Origin: Armatimonadia bacterium
Lineage (GTDB): Bacteria > Armatimonadota > Zipacnadia > Zipacnadales > UBA11051
Assembly (NCBI GenBank): GCA_039683575.1
Contig: JBDKRC010000113.1
Location: forward strand, 1 to 54,498
Direction: 5' to 3'
DNA length: 54,498 bases
Shown one piece after another: positions 35,280 to 44,597 of this stretch. The translations under genes and the position numbers were made by a program. Position 1 is the first letter of the stretch, and every line of letters starts with the position of its first letter. The notes beneath the pieces are model-generated. The model ran no database searches. It was not told where the DNA came from and worked only from the letters and a program-made list of their open reading frames with translations.

Positions 35280-36119
35280 TCAGAGCCGCTCTGAAAACAC
35301 CCGTTCATCATCCAGCCGCACCCGCACCCGCGCCCCCTCAGGCCCGGACCGGTCCACGTCCACAATCTCCCCCGGCCGGCACAACCGCTCCAGGAAAGAC
35401 TTATCCATATCCGAGCCCTGCACCGTAACCGATACCAACTGCAGCGCTTTGCCCTGCGGCACGGTGATCTTCAGAGTGCGGAACACGAACTTCTTCCCAT
35501 CCGCCAACTCAAACTCGCTGAAGTCCTTCCCGCCACTGACCAGCAGATTCACTTTGCTCTTGCGGTTCAGCACGGTCCCGGCAGGCGGGGTCTGGCTCAA
35601 TATCTGGTCTGCGGGGGCGTCATCAGTCTTCCGCTCGGTCTCACCAATCTGTAGATCATTGTTGGTCAACTTGGCGGCAGCTTCTTCAAGCTGCATGCCC
35701 TTCACCATCGGCACTTTGACAGTCCGCGTCCCCCGGCTGATAACCGCCCGCACCTGCCGTCCGGCCCGTACCTGCTTCCCCTCATAGGGGCTTGTTGAGA
35801 TGACGCTGCCTTCCTTGACGTTCCTGTTGTACGCATAGTTGACGACAGTCATCTTCAACCGGGCCAGTTCCAGCCGCTCCTCCGCCTCCTTGCTAGGCAT
35901 CCCGGTCACCTTGGGCACTGTCACCAACGGCGCGGCCGGCCCGAAGGCCGCGAGCATTGCCCCGGCCACCAGGGCGAGAATGACCACGAACACGATGCCG
36001 AGGCCCACAAAGCCTGTCAGGGTGGCCGCGGCCCAGTCGCGCATCTCCACCGGCTCGTGTGAGTCGCGGTGCCCGCTCGGACGTAGCTGACTGCGCAAAA
36101 GTGATAGCATCTCTAGCAA
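35280..36119 (-). CDS. Membrane-anchored PASTA-domain protein (no kinase domain)
   Basis: TM helix, then two PASTA repeats (VTVPKVTGM...GSVISTSP; VKVPMVKGM...ILSQTPPAG...VSGG); start uncertain. Confidence 0.8.
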   Translation of the reverse strand: MLEMLSLLRSQLRPSGHRDSHEPVEMRDWAAATLTGFVGLGIVFVVILALVAGAMLAAFGPAAPLVTVPKVTGMPSKEAEERLELARLKMTVVNYAYNRNVKEGSVISTSPYEGKQVRAGRQVRAVISRGTRTVKVPMVKGMQLEEAAAKLTNNDLQIGETERKTDDAPADQILSQTPPAGTVLNRKSKVNLLVSGGKDFSEFELADGKKFVFRTLKITVPQGKALQLVSVTVQGSDMDKSFLERLCRPGEIVDVDRSGPEGARVRVRLDDERVFSERL

Positions 36120-36321
36120 CCCATAGCGAGTGGCACTGTCTGCCGGAAGTTCAGGTCCTGCGGAGGGGCAGAAGGGTGAGTCTCATACCTCGGATAGTAC
36201 CCCAGTCACACCACAAATCTGAACCCTTTTGATTCCCACTATGCCCAAGTCCCGAATCTGCCCCGAATCGCAACATCGGGTAGCTTCGTTGTTTCATTTG
36301 TACCCGTTTTGGAGACGGTAA

Positions 36322-37479
36322 TCACCCCGTCACGAGCTCTTCAAGTGCCTTGACTAGCTCATCCATCGGGGCCCTCTCCTGGATCACGAACCGTCCAATC
36401 TCCGGAACCAGTGGCAGTCGCACCGCCCCATCCACAGCCTTTTTGTCGTACAGTAATGATTGTTTCGCACGGGCCAGGTCAAGCGACAACGGCCCCTGCA
36501 GCAGCCCCAGCCGCTGCAGCAGCCTCTCCTGTCGCTGAGCCACCTCTGGCGCGGAGAGACCCAGTCGCACCGCCAGCCGGGCCTCGGCCACCATGCCCCA
36601 CGCCAGCGCCTCACCATGCCGCAGGTCCCACTCCCCCGCCCCCACCTCAACCGCGTGGCCTACCGTGTGGCCATAGTTGAGGCACGCCCGCATACCCTTT
36701 TCGAGTGGGTCAGCCTCAACAACTGCGGCCTTGATTTGGCAATTACGCGCCACCAGCGGGCTCAGGAGCCCCATATCGCGCCCCAGCAGCCGCTCTGCAG
36801 TTTGCTCGAGCCACTCAAACATTACTTCGTCCGCGATGGCGGCGTGCTTCACGATCTCGGCCATCCCCGCACGCAGTTCGCGGTCCGGCAGCGTCTGCAG
36901 CGTCTCGACGTCAATGGCCACGAGCGAGGGCTGATGGAACGCGCCGACGAGGTTCTTGCCCCGGGGCAGGTCTACCGCGGTCTTGCCGCCCACGCTGGCG
37001 TCTACCTGCGCCAGCAGCGTGGTCGGCACCTGCACAAACGGCAGCCCACGCATGTAGGTCGCGGCCACAAATCCCGCCAGATCGCCCACTACCCCGCCGC
37101 CAAGTGCGAAAATCGTTGAGCTACGGTCGAGAGCCGCCTCGAGGCACCCTTCATAAAGCCGCTCTGCCTGTGCGAGCGTCTTGCTGGCCTCGCCATCCGG
37201 TACTTGCAGCAGCGCAACCTGCCACCCGGCCTCTTGCAGCGAACTCAGGCACCTGTCGGCATAGAACCCTGCCACCGTAGCAGCGCTGATCACCGCCGCA
37301 TGTTTGCCTGCGGTCGGCGGCCACAGCTTTCCCAACTCGTCAAGCAACCCGGCACTGACGTGGATGTCGTAGGCATGCTGCCCCACCCGCACGGGCACCA
37401 CGAATGCCTGCTGCGCCGTGCCTGCTGGAGGGCTCCCCTGATCAGGAAGACAAACCCGTTGCCGGTTGGTTTCACTCAT
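36322..37479 (-). CDS. aroB: 3-dehydroquinate synthase
   Basis: PDGEASKT, ALGGGVVGDLAGF, PTTLLAQVDASVGGKT, KNLVGAFHQP, LNYGHTVGHA, HGEA; start uncertain. Confidence 0.95.
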   Translation of the reverse strand: MSETNRQRVCLPDQGSPPAGTAQQAFVVPVRVGQHAYDIHVSAGLLDELGKLWPPTAGKHAAVISAATVAGFYADRCLSSLQEAGWQVALLQVPDGEASKTLAQAERLYEGCLEAALDRSSTIFALGGGVVGDLAGFVAATYMRGLPFVQVPTTLLAQVDASVGGKTAVDLPRGKNLVGAFHQPSLVAIDVETLQTLPDRELRAGMAEIVKHAAIADEVMFEWLEQTAERLLGRDMGLLSPLVARNCQIKAAVVEADPLEKGMRACLNYGHTVGHAVEVGAGEWDLRHGEALAWGMVAEARLAVRLGLSAPEVAQRQERLLQRLGLLQGPLSLDLARAKQSLLYDKKAVDGAVRLPLVPEIGRFVIQERAPMDELVKALEELVTG

Positions 37480-37561
37480 TGGGCAGACTTCTTCCCTAAG
37501 GTCAGCAAACGGCGCCACAAGTGCGCCGTTTGCCGGTAAGACAACTCGAAAGCGATCCGAT

Positions 37562-39304
37562 CTATTGGGCCGGAACGTCGCGGACGATCCGCGGCGTCAC
37601 GAAGACCAGAAGCTCAGAATTCCGCTTGCTAGTGCTATGCGACTGGAATAGGCGGCCGAGGATCGGAAGCTTGGATAGCAGCGGCGTCTCGCGGATATTG
37701 ATGCTCTCGTCCTTGCGGATGAGCCCGCCGAGTACAATGGTCTCGCCGTCGCCCACGCGAACCTGCGTGCTAACATACTGTGAGGTGACGATGGGGATGG
37801 ACTCCCCGTTGGGGCCGGTAACCTGGCCAACAGTGTCCTCCAGCGTCGGCTCGAGGTAGACGGTGACGCTGTCGTCGGCGTTGATCCGCGGCACGACCCA
37901 GAGCGAGTTCTCAACTGTGATGAAGTCGCTTGTGAAATCAACCTCACGGGTACCAAACTGGTTGTAGGAGACCTCCGCGGAGAAGTACGGGATCTCAGTG
38001 TAGAAGTTGATCTCCGCGAACTGGTTGTTCATCGTGATGACGTGGGGCTCATTGATGACAGTGGCGCGGCCACTGGACAGGAGGGCATTCAACTGCGCCT
38101 CGAACCGCCCGCGCGCGAACCGCACTACGTTGTTGACGGCCTCACCGGGGGCAAAGCCCTGGTTGAAAAACTCCAGCGAGCCGTTCGAGGTGCTCCAGTC
38201 GATACCAAACGCTTTGTCGGCGGTTGTCTGGACTTCAATGAACTTCGCTGCGCTCTCAACCTGTTTGGAAGGCTTGTCGAGCAGGTCGAGAATCTCGCGG
38301 AAGCGATCAATGTCTTCCTGCGTCCCGCGGACGAGCAGCGCATTCTGAGGCATGAAGGCTGTCGGGGGTTCCATGTCTCCGGGGAGCAAGTCTCCAAGGC
38401 CGCCACCGCCACCGCCAGTTCCACCACGACTACCACGGCCGGTTGTGCCTGTTCCGCCCTGGTTATCACCACCGCGGCTACTACGGCCGCCGCCGCGGCT
38501 ACCGCGCCCGCCGCCGCCCTGGTCGCCGAAATCCTGGTTGAGGCCAAGCGCCGAACTGTTCCCGGAGGTCGGGGCACCATAGCCACCTGCGAAGACACCG
38601 GCTGCTGACAAACCGCGCCCGCCTCGAGATACACCGTTCTTGATCCGGTCGGAAGACGAACTCATGTTGCCGAAGACCTGCGAGGCGGTACCACCGGAGC
38701 AGACTGTTCCGCCAAACATGTAAGCCAGTTGCTCGGCGTCAGCGAACTGCAACACGATCATCTTCGTCTCAATCTTTGGCTGTGCAGCAGTAGCTGTGCC
38801 AGCCGCAGGGGTGGAATCAACCACAGTCAGCGGAGGTGGAACCACAGCGGGTGCGCTATTGCCGACAACCGGCCCGGCGTGCGGGATGTTGATTGCAGGC
38901 GAGGAAGCCTGCGTCGCAGCCCCGGACGAAGCCGAAGCAGTCTCCTGGGGAGCGGACGAGGCAGGCCGCGGCTGCTTGGAGACCGTGTAGATGTTGTTGT
39001 CACGGTACCAGTAGAAGCCCTGGGAAGTGGCTATGGCGCGCAGGGCATCATCCACCGTGACATCACGCAAAGTCACAGCAGGGATGACGCCTGTCACGTC
39101 ATGACTGATGATGATGTTGACGTTGGCGGCTTTCGCCAGCATGCGCAGCACCTGCTCGACTGGCGCATCCTTGACGTCAATGTTGATCAGTTGGCCATCC
39201 GCCGCTTCGTTGCCTACGGCAGCGAAGGCGGTGCTGATCAACCCTGTGCAGAGCGCGGCGAGCAGTATGAGCGGCATGCCGTGGCGCCTGTTTGGCTTCA
39301 ACAT
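37562..39304 (-). CDS. pilQ: Type IV pilus / T2SS secretin with N-terminal STN domain
   Basis: Signal peptide; STN (INIDVKDAPVEQVLRMLA); NolW-like (NALLVRGTQEDI); secretin C-domain (GETIVLGGLI, PLLSKLPILGRLF, ELLVFVTPRIV). Confidence 0.88.
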   Translation of the reverse strand: MLKPNRRHGMPLILLAALCTGLISTAFAAVGNEAADGQLINIDVKDAPVEQVLRMLAKAANVNIIISHDVTGVIPAVTLRDVTVDDALRAIATSQGFYWYRDNNIYTVSKQPRPASSAPQETASASSGAATQASSPAINIPHAGPVVGNSAPAVVPPPLTVVDSTPAAGTATAAQPKIETKMIVLQFADAEQLAYMFGGTVCSGGTASQVFGNMSSSSDRIKNGVSRGGRGLSAAGVFAGGYGAPTSGNSSALGLNQDFGDQGGGGRGSRGGGRSSRGGDNQGGTGTTGRGSRGGTGGGGGGLGDLLPGDMEPPTAFMPQNALLVRGTQEDIDRFREILDLLDKPSKQVESAAKFIEVQTTADKAFGIDWSTSNGSLEFFNQGFAPGEAVNNVVRFARGRFEAQLNALLSSGRATVINEPHVITMNNQFAEINFYTEIPYFSAEVSYNQFGTREVDFTSDFITVENSLWVVPRINADDSVTVYLEPTLEDTVGQVTGPNGESIPIVTSQYVSTQVRVGDGETIVLGGLIRKDESINIRETPLLSKLPILGRLFQSHSTSKRNSELLVFVTPRIVRDVPAQ

Positions 39305-39420
39305 GGTCTCCTCCCGGGCGCCCTCTGGCGTCCCCGATGGCTGGCTGGTACGACGATGCTAGGTTGTAAGGCTTCGACTATTGCTGCGTTAGTCCCCCCC
39401 AGGTACTGCTCGGTGCTACT

Positions 39421-40155
39421 CTAGTAATTGCTGCTGCTGCGGCTGCTACCACCGCTCCGGCTGCTGCCACTGCTTCGACTACTACCACTGCTGCCACTAC
39501 TGCGGCTGCTGCCACTGCTGCCGCCGCGGCTGCTACCACTGCTACCACTGCTGCCACCGTACCCGCCACCACTGTTGCCGCCACCACCACCGCCGCCACC
39601 GTACAGCCCACCACCCTCGATGATCTCGCCACCAAACAGGTCGGCCATGTCAGCCGGGTCAGCATACTTCATGATGATCAGGCGGAGCGGGAGGTTCTTT
39701 TCGTCGTCAGCGGCCGCCGTCGTTGCCGCCGCCGCACCCGGGGCCGCCGCGGCCGCCACATCCGTGGTCGCGCCGGGAGCCGTCGGCCGGTTCATAAAGA
39801 CCGGCGCCGGGAAGCGCGGGGTAGGCCGCTCGCCGCGCTCGGTGCGCCGCTCGGGCTTCTCGCGGATCTGGTAGACGCCAGCATCCTTGACCGACATCAG
39901 TCCTGCTTGACTGAGCACAATCTGCAGAGCCTCGTCTACGGTGACCTCTACGAGCGAGGCCGTGACTTTGATGTCGCCGAGGTTGCCACTCATGGCGAAC
40001 TGCAGGTTCTTGTCATAGCGCTTGAGCATCTCCAGGACGGAGCTCAGCGGCGTGTCTTTGAATTCGATCGAGAACCTGTCCTGCGCGCACACCATTGATG
40101 TGCTACACACGCACAGCAAGCATACGATTGCGATAAACCCGCGAATGTGTCCCAT
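39421..40155 (-). CDS. Secreted STN + partial NolW-like (secretin N-domain-only) protein with Gly/Ser tail
   Basis: Signal peptide, FSIEFKDTPLSSVLEML...VTVDEALQIVL, LIIMKYADPADMADLFGG, GS-rich C-terminus; AGGAGG RBS. Confidence 0.72.
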   Translation of the reverse strand: MGHIRGFIAIVCLLCVCSTSMVCAQDRFSIEFKDTPLSSVLEMLKRYDKNLQFAMSGNLGDIKVTASLVEVTVDEALQIVLSQAGLMSVKDAGVYQIREKPERRTERGERPTPRFPAPVFMNRPTAPGATTDVAAAAAPGAAAATTAAADDEKNLPLRLIIMKYADPADMADLFGGEIIEGGGLYGGGGGGGGNSGGGYGGSSGSSGSSRGGSSGSSRSSGSSGSSRSSGSSRSGGSSRSSSNY

Positions 40156-40204
40156 GATGCGCCTCCTGTATACTGCACTAGACCAGGCGGACCTGTCGAA
40201 TTGC

Positions 40205-41020
40205 TTAGCGAACCGGCGGCGGCATGCCTCCGCCACCACCAGGCGCCGCGGGCATTCCGGGCTGACGTCCGGGCCGCTGGCGCCCGCCGCCGGCTGGCGG
40301 AGTGGGTGCTGCCGGCTTCGGCGGCGTCGCGCCACCGGGTGTGTAGTGAATTGTCTGGCGCCGGCCAGTCTCACGATCGGCCACAACCATGCGGTCGCGC
40401 CAGATCTCCACGACCTGCCAGCCGTCAACTATGTCTCCGGCCCGCACGTCGCCGGTATTGCGTCCACTGCGATAACTGACAATGGCATCGCCCTGCGGGG
40501 TCCAGAGCATGCCGGTGATCGTGACATCGAAGGAAGGCTCTTCTTCAGGCGTCGGCGGCGTCACAGCACGTCGTGCCGGGACGTTTGGCCGCACGAAGCC
40601 GAGACGCGCCGTGATCGGCAACTTGCTCCAGTTGGTACCATACTGGGTGACGAACGGTATTTCCTTAGGTTCGGCCTCCCCGCCAGCTCCCTCTTCCCGC
40701 GAAACGAAGGGGTTGGTGCGGCTGGCCTCGAGGGGCGGGGTCTCCACATCGGTCGCAGTCGCGGCACCGCCGCCGGCCGCTGCAGGAGCGGCCCCAGGTC
40801 CGGCCTCCGCTCCGGGAGGGGCACCGGGGCCTCCGCCAGGAGGTCCGCCGGGGCCACCGCCGGGAGGTCCTGCCTCAGCAGGCGGCCCGCCTTCTTCCTG
40901 CGCCATCGTCTGCCCCGTGCCGTTGATGCCGGGTATAACGAACAAGAACAGGATTACGCCCACCAGTACCAGCACCAGTAGGCTTCCCGCGATAACTAGC
41001 TTACCCTTCTGCTCGTCCAA
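40205..41020 (-). CDS. PilP-position pilus assembly protein (T2SSC/PilP-like C-domain)
   Basis: TM helix, Gly/Pro linker, RTNPF, VTITGML...VRAGDIVDGWQVVEIWRDRMVV; synteny. Confidence 0.6.
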   Translation of the reverse strand: MDEQKGKLVIAGSLLVLVLVGVILFLFVIPGINGTGQTMAQEEGGPPAEAGPPGGGPGGPPGGGPGAPPGAEAGPGAAPAAAGGGAATATDVETPPLEASRTNPFVSREEGAGGEAEPKEIPFVTQYGTNWSKLPITARLGFVRPNVPARRAVTPPTPEEEPSFDVTITGMLWTPQGDAIVSYRSGRNTGDVRAGDIVDGWQVVEIWRDRMVVADRETGRRQTIHYTPGGATPPKPAAPTPPAGGGRQRPGRQPGMPAAPGGGGGMPPPVR

Positions 41021-41067
41021 CTCGTTCCTCCAGGAGATACGACGCCAAAATCACCGGTCCGTTTCGG

Positions 41068-41871
41068 CTATTCGTCTCCGCCGCCGCCACCGCTATCATC
41101 CTTGGCCGGCTTCTCGTCGGCCTTCTCGTCCTTCTTGTCCTTCTTGTCGCCGCCCTCTTCTCCGCTGGGGCCAGTTGGTGGACCACCAGCCTCGGCACCT
41201 CCGCCTGGCCCGGCAGGGCCTGCGGCAGCAGCGGGTGCAGGCGGCGGTGAAGCCGCTTCAGCACCCTCTACGAGGATGTAGAGTGTCAGCGGGACGGTGG
41301 CCGTGAGCTGGTCGCCACTGCCCGTGAGGCTGAGCGAGCCGATCGTTGCAATACGCGGCAACAGAGCGAGGTTCCGGTAGAGTCGCTCGATCGCTCCGAG
41401 TGAACCAGATACTCTCAGATTCAACGGCGCGTTGCCCGGCACCTGCAAGAATCCTGTGGAAGGCACAGTTGGGGGAGCCAGTGGCGGCCCGGCTATGCTG
41501 GCGCCTTCAAGTATCGTCACGCCCTGGCTATCAAAGTACCTCTTTATGGCCAAGGGCAGGTCGTCGCGGAACTCATACCACAGGGCCGTCATGGCGAGCA
41601 GTGGCATGTGCATCGAGATGCGAATACTCTTGCGCTCACGCAGGGCTGCGAGTTCCTCCTGCGCCTGGAGCCACTTCTGGTCGATCTCGGCCTTGTCCTT
41701 CTCGGCCTGTGCCTTCTGGGCCACCACGGCTTCCTCAGCCGCGAGGTCTTCCCGCAGCTTGGTCAGCTCTTCCCGCTTCGGCTTCACCAGGAAGTAGGCG
41801 GCAGCTACGCACATGCCGATGATCAGCACGGCTACGATCGCAATAATGGCAATGGTCGGTATTTTTCCCAT
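41068..41871 (-). CDS. pilO: PilO-like type IV pilus assembly protein
   Basis: N-terminal TM, coiled coil, LNLRVSGS...LPRIATIGSLSL ferredoxin-like segment; synteny. Confidence 0.65.
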   Translation of the reverse strand: MGKIPTIAIIAIVAVLIIGMCVAAAYFLVKPKREELTKLREDLAAEEAVVAQKAQAEKDKAEIDQKWLQAQEELAALRERKSIRISMHMPLLAMTALWYEFRDDLPLAIKRYFDSQGVTILEGASIAGPPLAPPTVPSTGFLQVPGNAPLNLRVSGSLGAIERLYRNLALLPRIATIGSLSLTGSGDQLTATVPLTLYILVEGAEAASPPPAPAAAAGPAGPGGGAEAGGPPTGPSGEEGGDKKDKKDEKADEKPAKDDSGGGGGDE

Positions 41872-41985
41872 TTACCGCAGGCTCCCATGGAGCGTCACAA
41901 TGAACAGTTCAGACGTCATTTCGAAAACCACCCCGCACATTTCGGGCGCGCAGGCTGCCGTCACCCCCGACGGTTCGGCACGCTA

Positions 41986-42876
41986 TTAGGCTTCGCCGCC
42001 TCCGCCCCCTCCGCCGGCATCTCCGCCACCAGGAGGTCCGCTAGGCCCGGCGCCGCCGGCAGGTTCCCCGGGACCGCCCGGGGCACCAGGCGCGCCAGGG
42101 GCACCAGGGGCTGCACCGCCGCCACCAGCCGCGGGTGGGGAGGGAATGCTGATGGGCTGTTTCAGCGTGCAACTGACGGTAAATCTGATCGGGCCGCCGC
42201 CAGCCGTGCCGCCGGCGGGGGGCGCGCCTCCGGGCGCTGCTCCCGGGCCACCAGGAGGTGGTGCACCGGCTTCAGGCCCTGCGGGCGCTCCGGGTGCGGC
42301 GCCGGGTGCGCCAGCACCAGCTCCTGCGGCTGCGGCCCCCGCAGTACCCTCAATGGTGCCGCCCTGCATCGTCGTGGGCGCAGAGAAGCTGAAGCTGGTG
42401 ATATACGGACAGCGGACCATGTTCAGGATGAAGCGTGCGGCGTCCTCAGTCGTCTCCACCTCGGCGGTGAAGGAGACTGAAGCCGGCGGGGTGATGCTGA
42501 AGCTTGAAACGACAGCGCGGTCGTAGATGTAGCGGTTCAGCTGGTGGAAGCGGTCCCAGAACTGTGAGCCGGACCCGTCAGCCTGTTGCACGAAGGTGAT
42601 TTTGGCCTGGATGGGCGCGAGCTCGTCCTGCCGTGCCTTGGTTTCACCCTGTAGCTTCCGGACGGCGTCCGCCTGGGTCTTGGTCTCTTCCAGTTTCTGC
42701 TTGGTGTCGTTGATCGTGGAGTTGATGTGCGCGAGGTACCCGAGCCACCCTAACACCACCAGCACCAGCAGTGGAATCGACATGAACAGAACCTTACGGT
42801 TCCGTCGGGCTATGGCATAATGTGCCGGAAGCAAGTCTAGCTTGAGCAAGCTGGGATCCTCCCTGTTGCTGCTCAT
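41986..42876 (-). CDS. pilN: PilN-like type IV pilus assembly protein
   Basis: LKLDLLP (INLLP-like PilM-binding motif), TM, coiled coil; follows pilM. Confidence 0.7.
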   Translation of the reverse strand: MSSNREDPSLLKLDLLPAHYAIARRNRKVLFMSIPLLVLVVLGWLGYLAHINSTINDTKQKLEETKTQADAVRKLQGETKARQDELAPIQAKITFVQQADGSGSQFWDRFHQLNRYIYDRAVVSSFSITPPASVSFTAEVETTEDAARFILNMVRCPYITSFSFSAPTTMQGGTIEGTAGAAAAGAGAGAPGAAPGAPAGPEAGAPPPGGPGAAPGGAPPAGGTAGGGPIRFTVSCTLKQPISIPSPPAAGGGGAAPGAPGAPGAPGGPGEPAGGAGPSGPPGGGDAGGGGGGGEA

Positions 42877-42944
42877 GTCGCGAGACGGGCCACAACCTCA
42901 ACCCGCCGCCGCGAACCTTGAATAGGTGTTTCGCGCGGCTACAA

Positions 42945-44303
42945 CTACCCGAACATGTCCCGCATTGCCAGACCGACAGCGATGACACACCCCGGTGCTA
43001 CGTCCCTGAGATACTCTTGGGGCACTTCTTCGTCATCGTGTTCCACGTACTCAAACGGGTTGGCAATCTCGCAGGTCAGCCCGACTTCGCCACCGATAAA
43101 GTCAGCGATGCCGGGGATGACGGCGCTTCCGCCCGAAATATACATCCGGTCAATATCTTCATTGCGATGGTTGCGCCGGTAGAAGTCCAGCGACCGCCGC
43201 ACCTCGGTCGAGAGGTCGAGCAGGGGCTGGGCGATGGCTTCGTAGACCTGCGCCTGGACGGCTTCAACCTCCGGCGGCACGGGCTCCTTGGCCGCCGGGG
43301 CCGGGGCGCCCCCTACCGGCGGGGCAGCAACGGTCTGGTCGGGCGGCAACTGGTAGGCTTCGGAGCCGGTCTCAACTTCCAGCTGGGTCGCTGCTTCGTC
43401 GAGAGCCATTCCGCCGCCAAGGTCTGTTGCGCTGCTATCGGAGACCTCAAACACGGAGTCTTCTTCGTCAACTCCGCCTATCGCATCGAAGGATGAAGTG
43501 TCTTCCCCGTAGCCGGTGTCAGCGCCGCCGCCCTCGAAGGCATAGGCCCCGGTGAGGTCGGCGAACAGCCGCTTAACGCTCTCGGCGGAGGCCTCGTCTT
43601 CGGCCACGTTCTGCCGGATGGCCGAAGTGAAGGTGGCGCCAGCGGTAGGGATGCTGCGGACAAAGGCCAGAAGGCCCTTGCGAATGATGACGATGGCAGT
43701 GTTGCTCGCGCCGATGTGAACGACGACTATGGTCTGGTCCGCCAGCGCCTCACCGCCCGCATCAGCCATGGCGCGTGCAATCGCCAGGGGCTCGACGTCG
43801 ATCGCGAGCGGCATGAGTTTGGCCGCCATCATCGATTCGACGTGGGCGTCTACCATTTCCTCCTGCGCCACCGCCAGTAGAACTTCCATGTTCTGGGCAT
43901 CCGGAGGCGTGTCATCGCGTTCGATGGGGCGGTAGTCGTAGACTGCCTGATCAACGGGGAAGGGAGCCTGGCGTTCCAGCTCCCACTGAATGGCTTCTTC
44001 GAGCTCTTTGCCGGTCATCTTGGGGACTTCGATGATCCGGACCACCACATCGGTATCCCCGCCCACCGAGGCCACTACCTTCTTGACTCCGAAGCCACCG
44101 TTGCGGCTTAGCAGATCGGTAAGTGCTTCGCTGACTGCCGCACTGTCAACGATCCTTCCCCCCGACACGCTGTGTTCGGGGGTAGGAACAACCACCGGGC
44201 GCCCCACCATGCGGATCTCGTGTCCCGCAAGCCGAAGCTCCACGGCCTTTATGGCCTGGCTCCCTATGTCTAGGCCCAGGACGTGTGTTGCGCCTCTGGC
44301 CAT
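42945..44303 (-). CDS. pilM: Type IV pilus assembly protein PilM
   Basis: LGLDIGSQAIKAV, IDVEPLAIAR, HIGASNT, EVRRSLDFY, ISGGSA, AVGLAMR; AGGAGG RBS. Confidence 0.92.
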   Translation of the reverse strand: MARGATHVLGLDIGSQAIKAVELRLAGHEIRMVGRPVVVPTPEHSVSGGRIVDSAAVSEALTDLLSRNGGFGVKKVVASVGGDTDVVVRIIEVPKMTGKELEEAIQWELERQAPFPVDQAVYDYRPIERDDTPPDAQNMEVLLAVAQEEMVDAHVESMMAAKLMPLAIDVEPLAIARAMADAGGEALADQTIVVVHIGASNTAIVIIRKGLLAFVRSIPTAGATFTSAIRQNVAEDEASAESVKRLFADLTGAYAFEGGGADTGYGEDTSSFDAIGGVDEEDSVFEVSDSSATDLGGGMALDEAATQLEVETGSEAYQLPPDQTVAAPPVGGAPAPAAKEPVPPEVEAVQAQVYEAIAQPLLDLSTEVRRSLDFYRRNHRNEDIDRMYISGGSAVIPGIADFIGGEVGLTCEIANPFEYVEHDDEEVPQEYLRDVAPGCVIAVGLAMRDMFG

Positions 44304-44361
44304 ACTTCGGCTCCTCCTACAATGCAGGCAGCAATTAGTGCAGAGACGTTACTCCATGAGG

Positions 44362-44390
44362 AGTTTAGTCTCTGCCAGTGTCATTGTCAA
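44362..44390 (-). promoter_or_regulatory. Sigma70 promoter of the pilM operon, overlapped by an inverted repeat
   Basis: TTGACA-N17-TAAACT on the minus strand; gcagagac..actcc / ggagt..gtctctgc arms span 44340-44375. Confidence 0.75.
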
Positions 44391-44597
44391 GCGCAGGAAA
44401 GCAAACAGACAAAAGGCTACGCCCGCGCCGTCTGTAGGGGCAATTCCCCACTCCCCTGCCAGTGCCCTTCATACCCTAGCAGACATTTTTCCCGCTGAAT
44501 GGTTCCGGTTGATGATGATGATGAGGCCAGGTAGACCGGGCGCGAGCTTCCCGTCTGTGACGGCCGCGCGCGCCCGGAGTTGTATCGCGCTTGTGGC

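Noticed and set aside
36120-36321. ECF promoter (GAACTT on the minus strand near 36147-36152) or ncRNA upstream of the PASTA gene
   Set aside because: No convincing -10 at the expected spacing and no recognisable RNA family or stable fold.
38245-38262. Secretin motif QVESAAKF instead of the usual QVxIEA
   Set aside because: Two single-base differences could be consensus errors or drift; cannot be evaluated without reads.
39428-39600. Leu/Pro/Arg repeat ORF on the + strand or a contingency microsatellite
   Set aside because: It is the antisense of the Gly/Ser tail of the STN protein; codons are varied, not a perfect repeat.
44434-44460. Additional GTAG REP upstream of the pilM promoter
   Set aside because: The hairpin is weak and does not match the other units or carry the tail.
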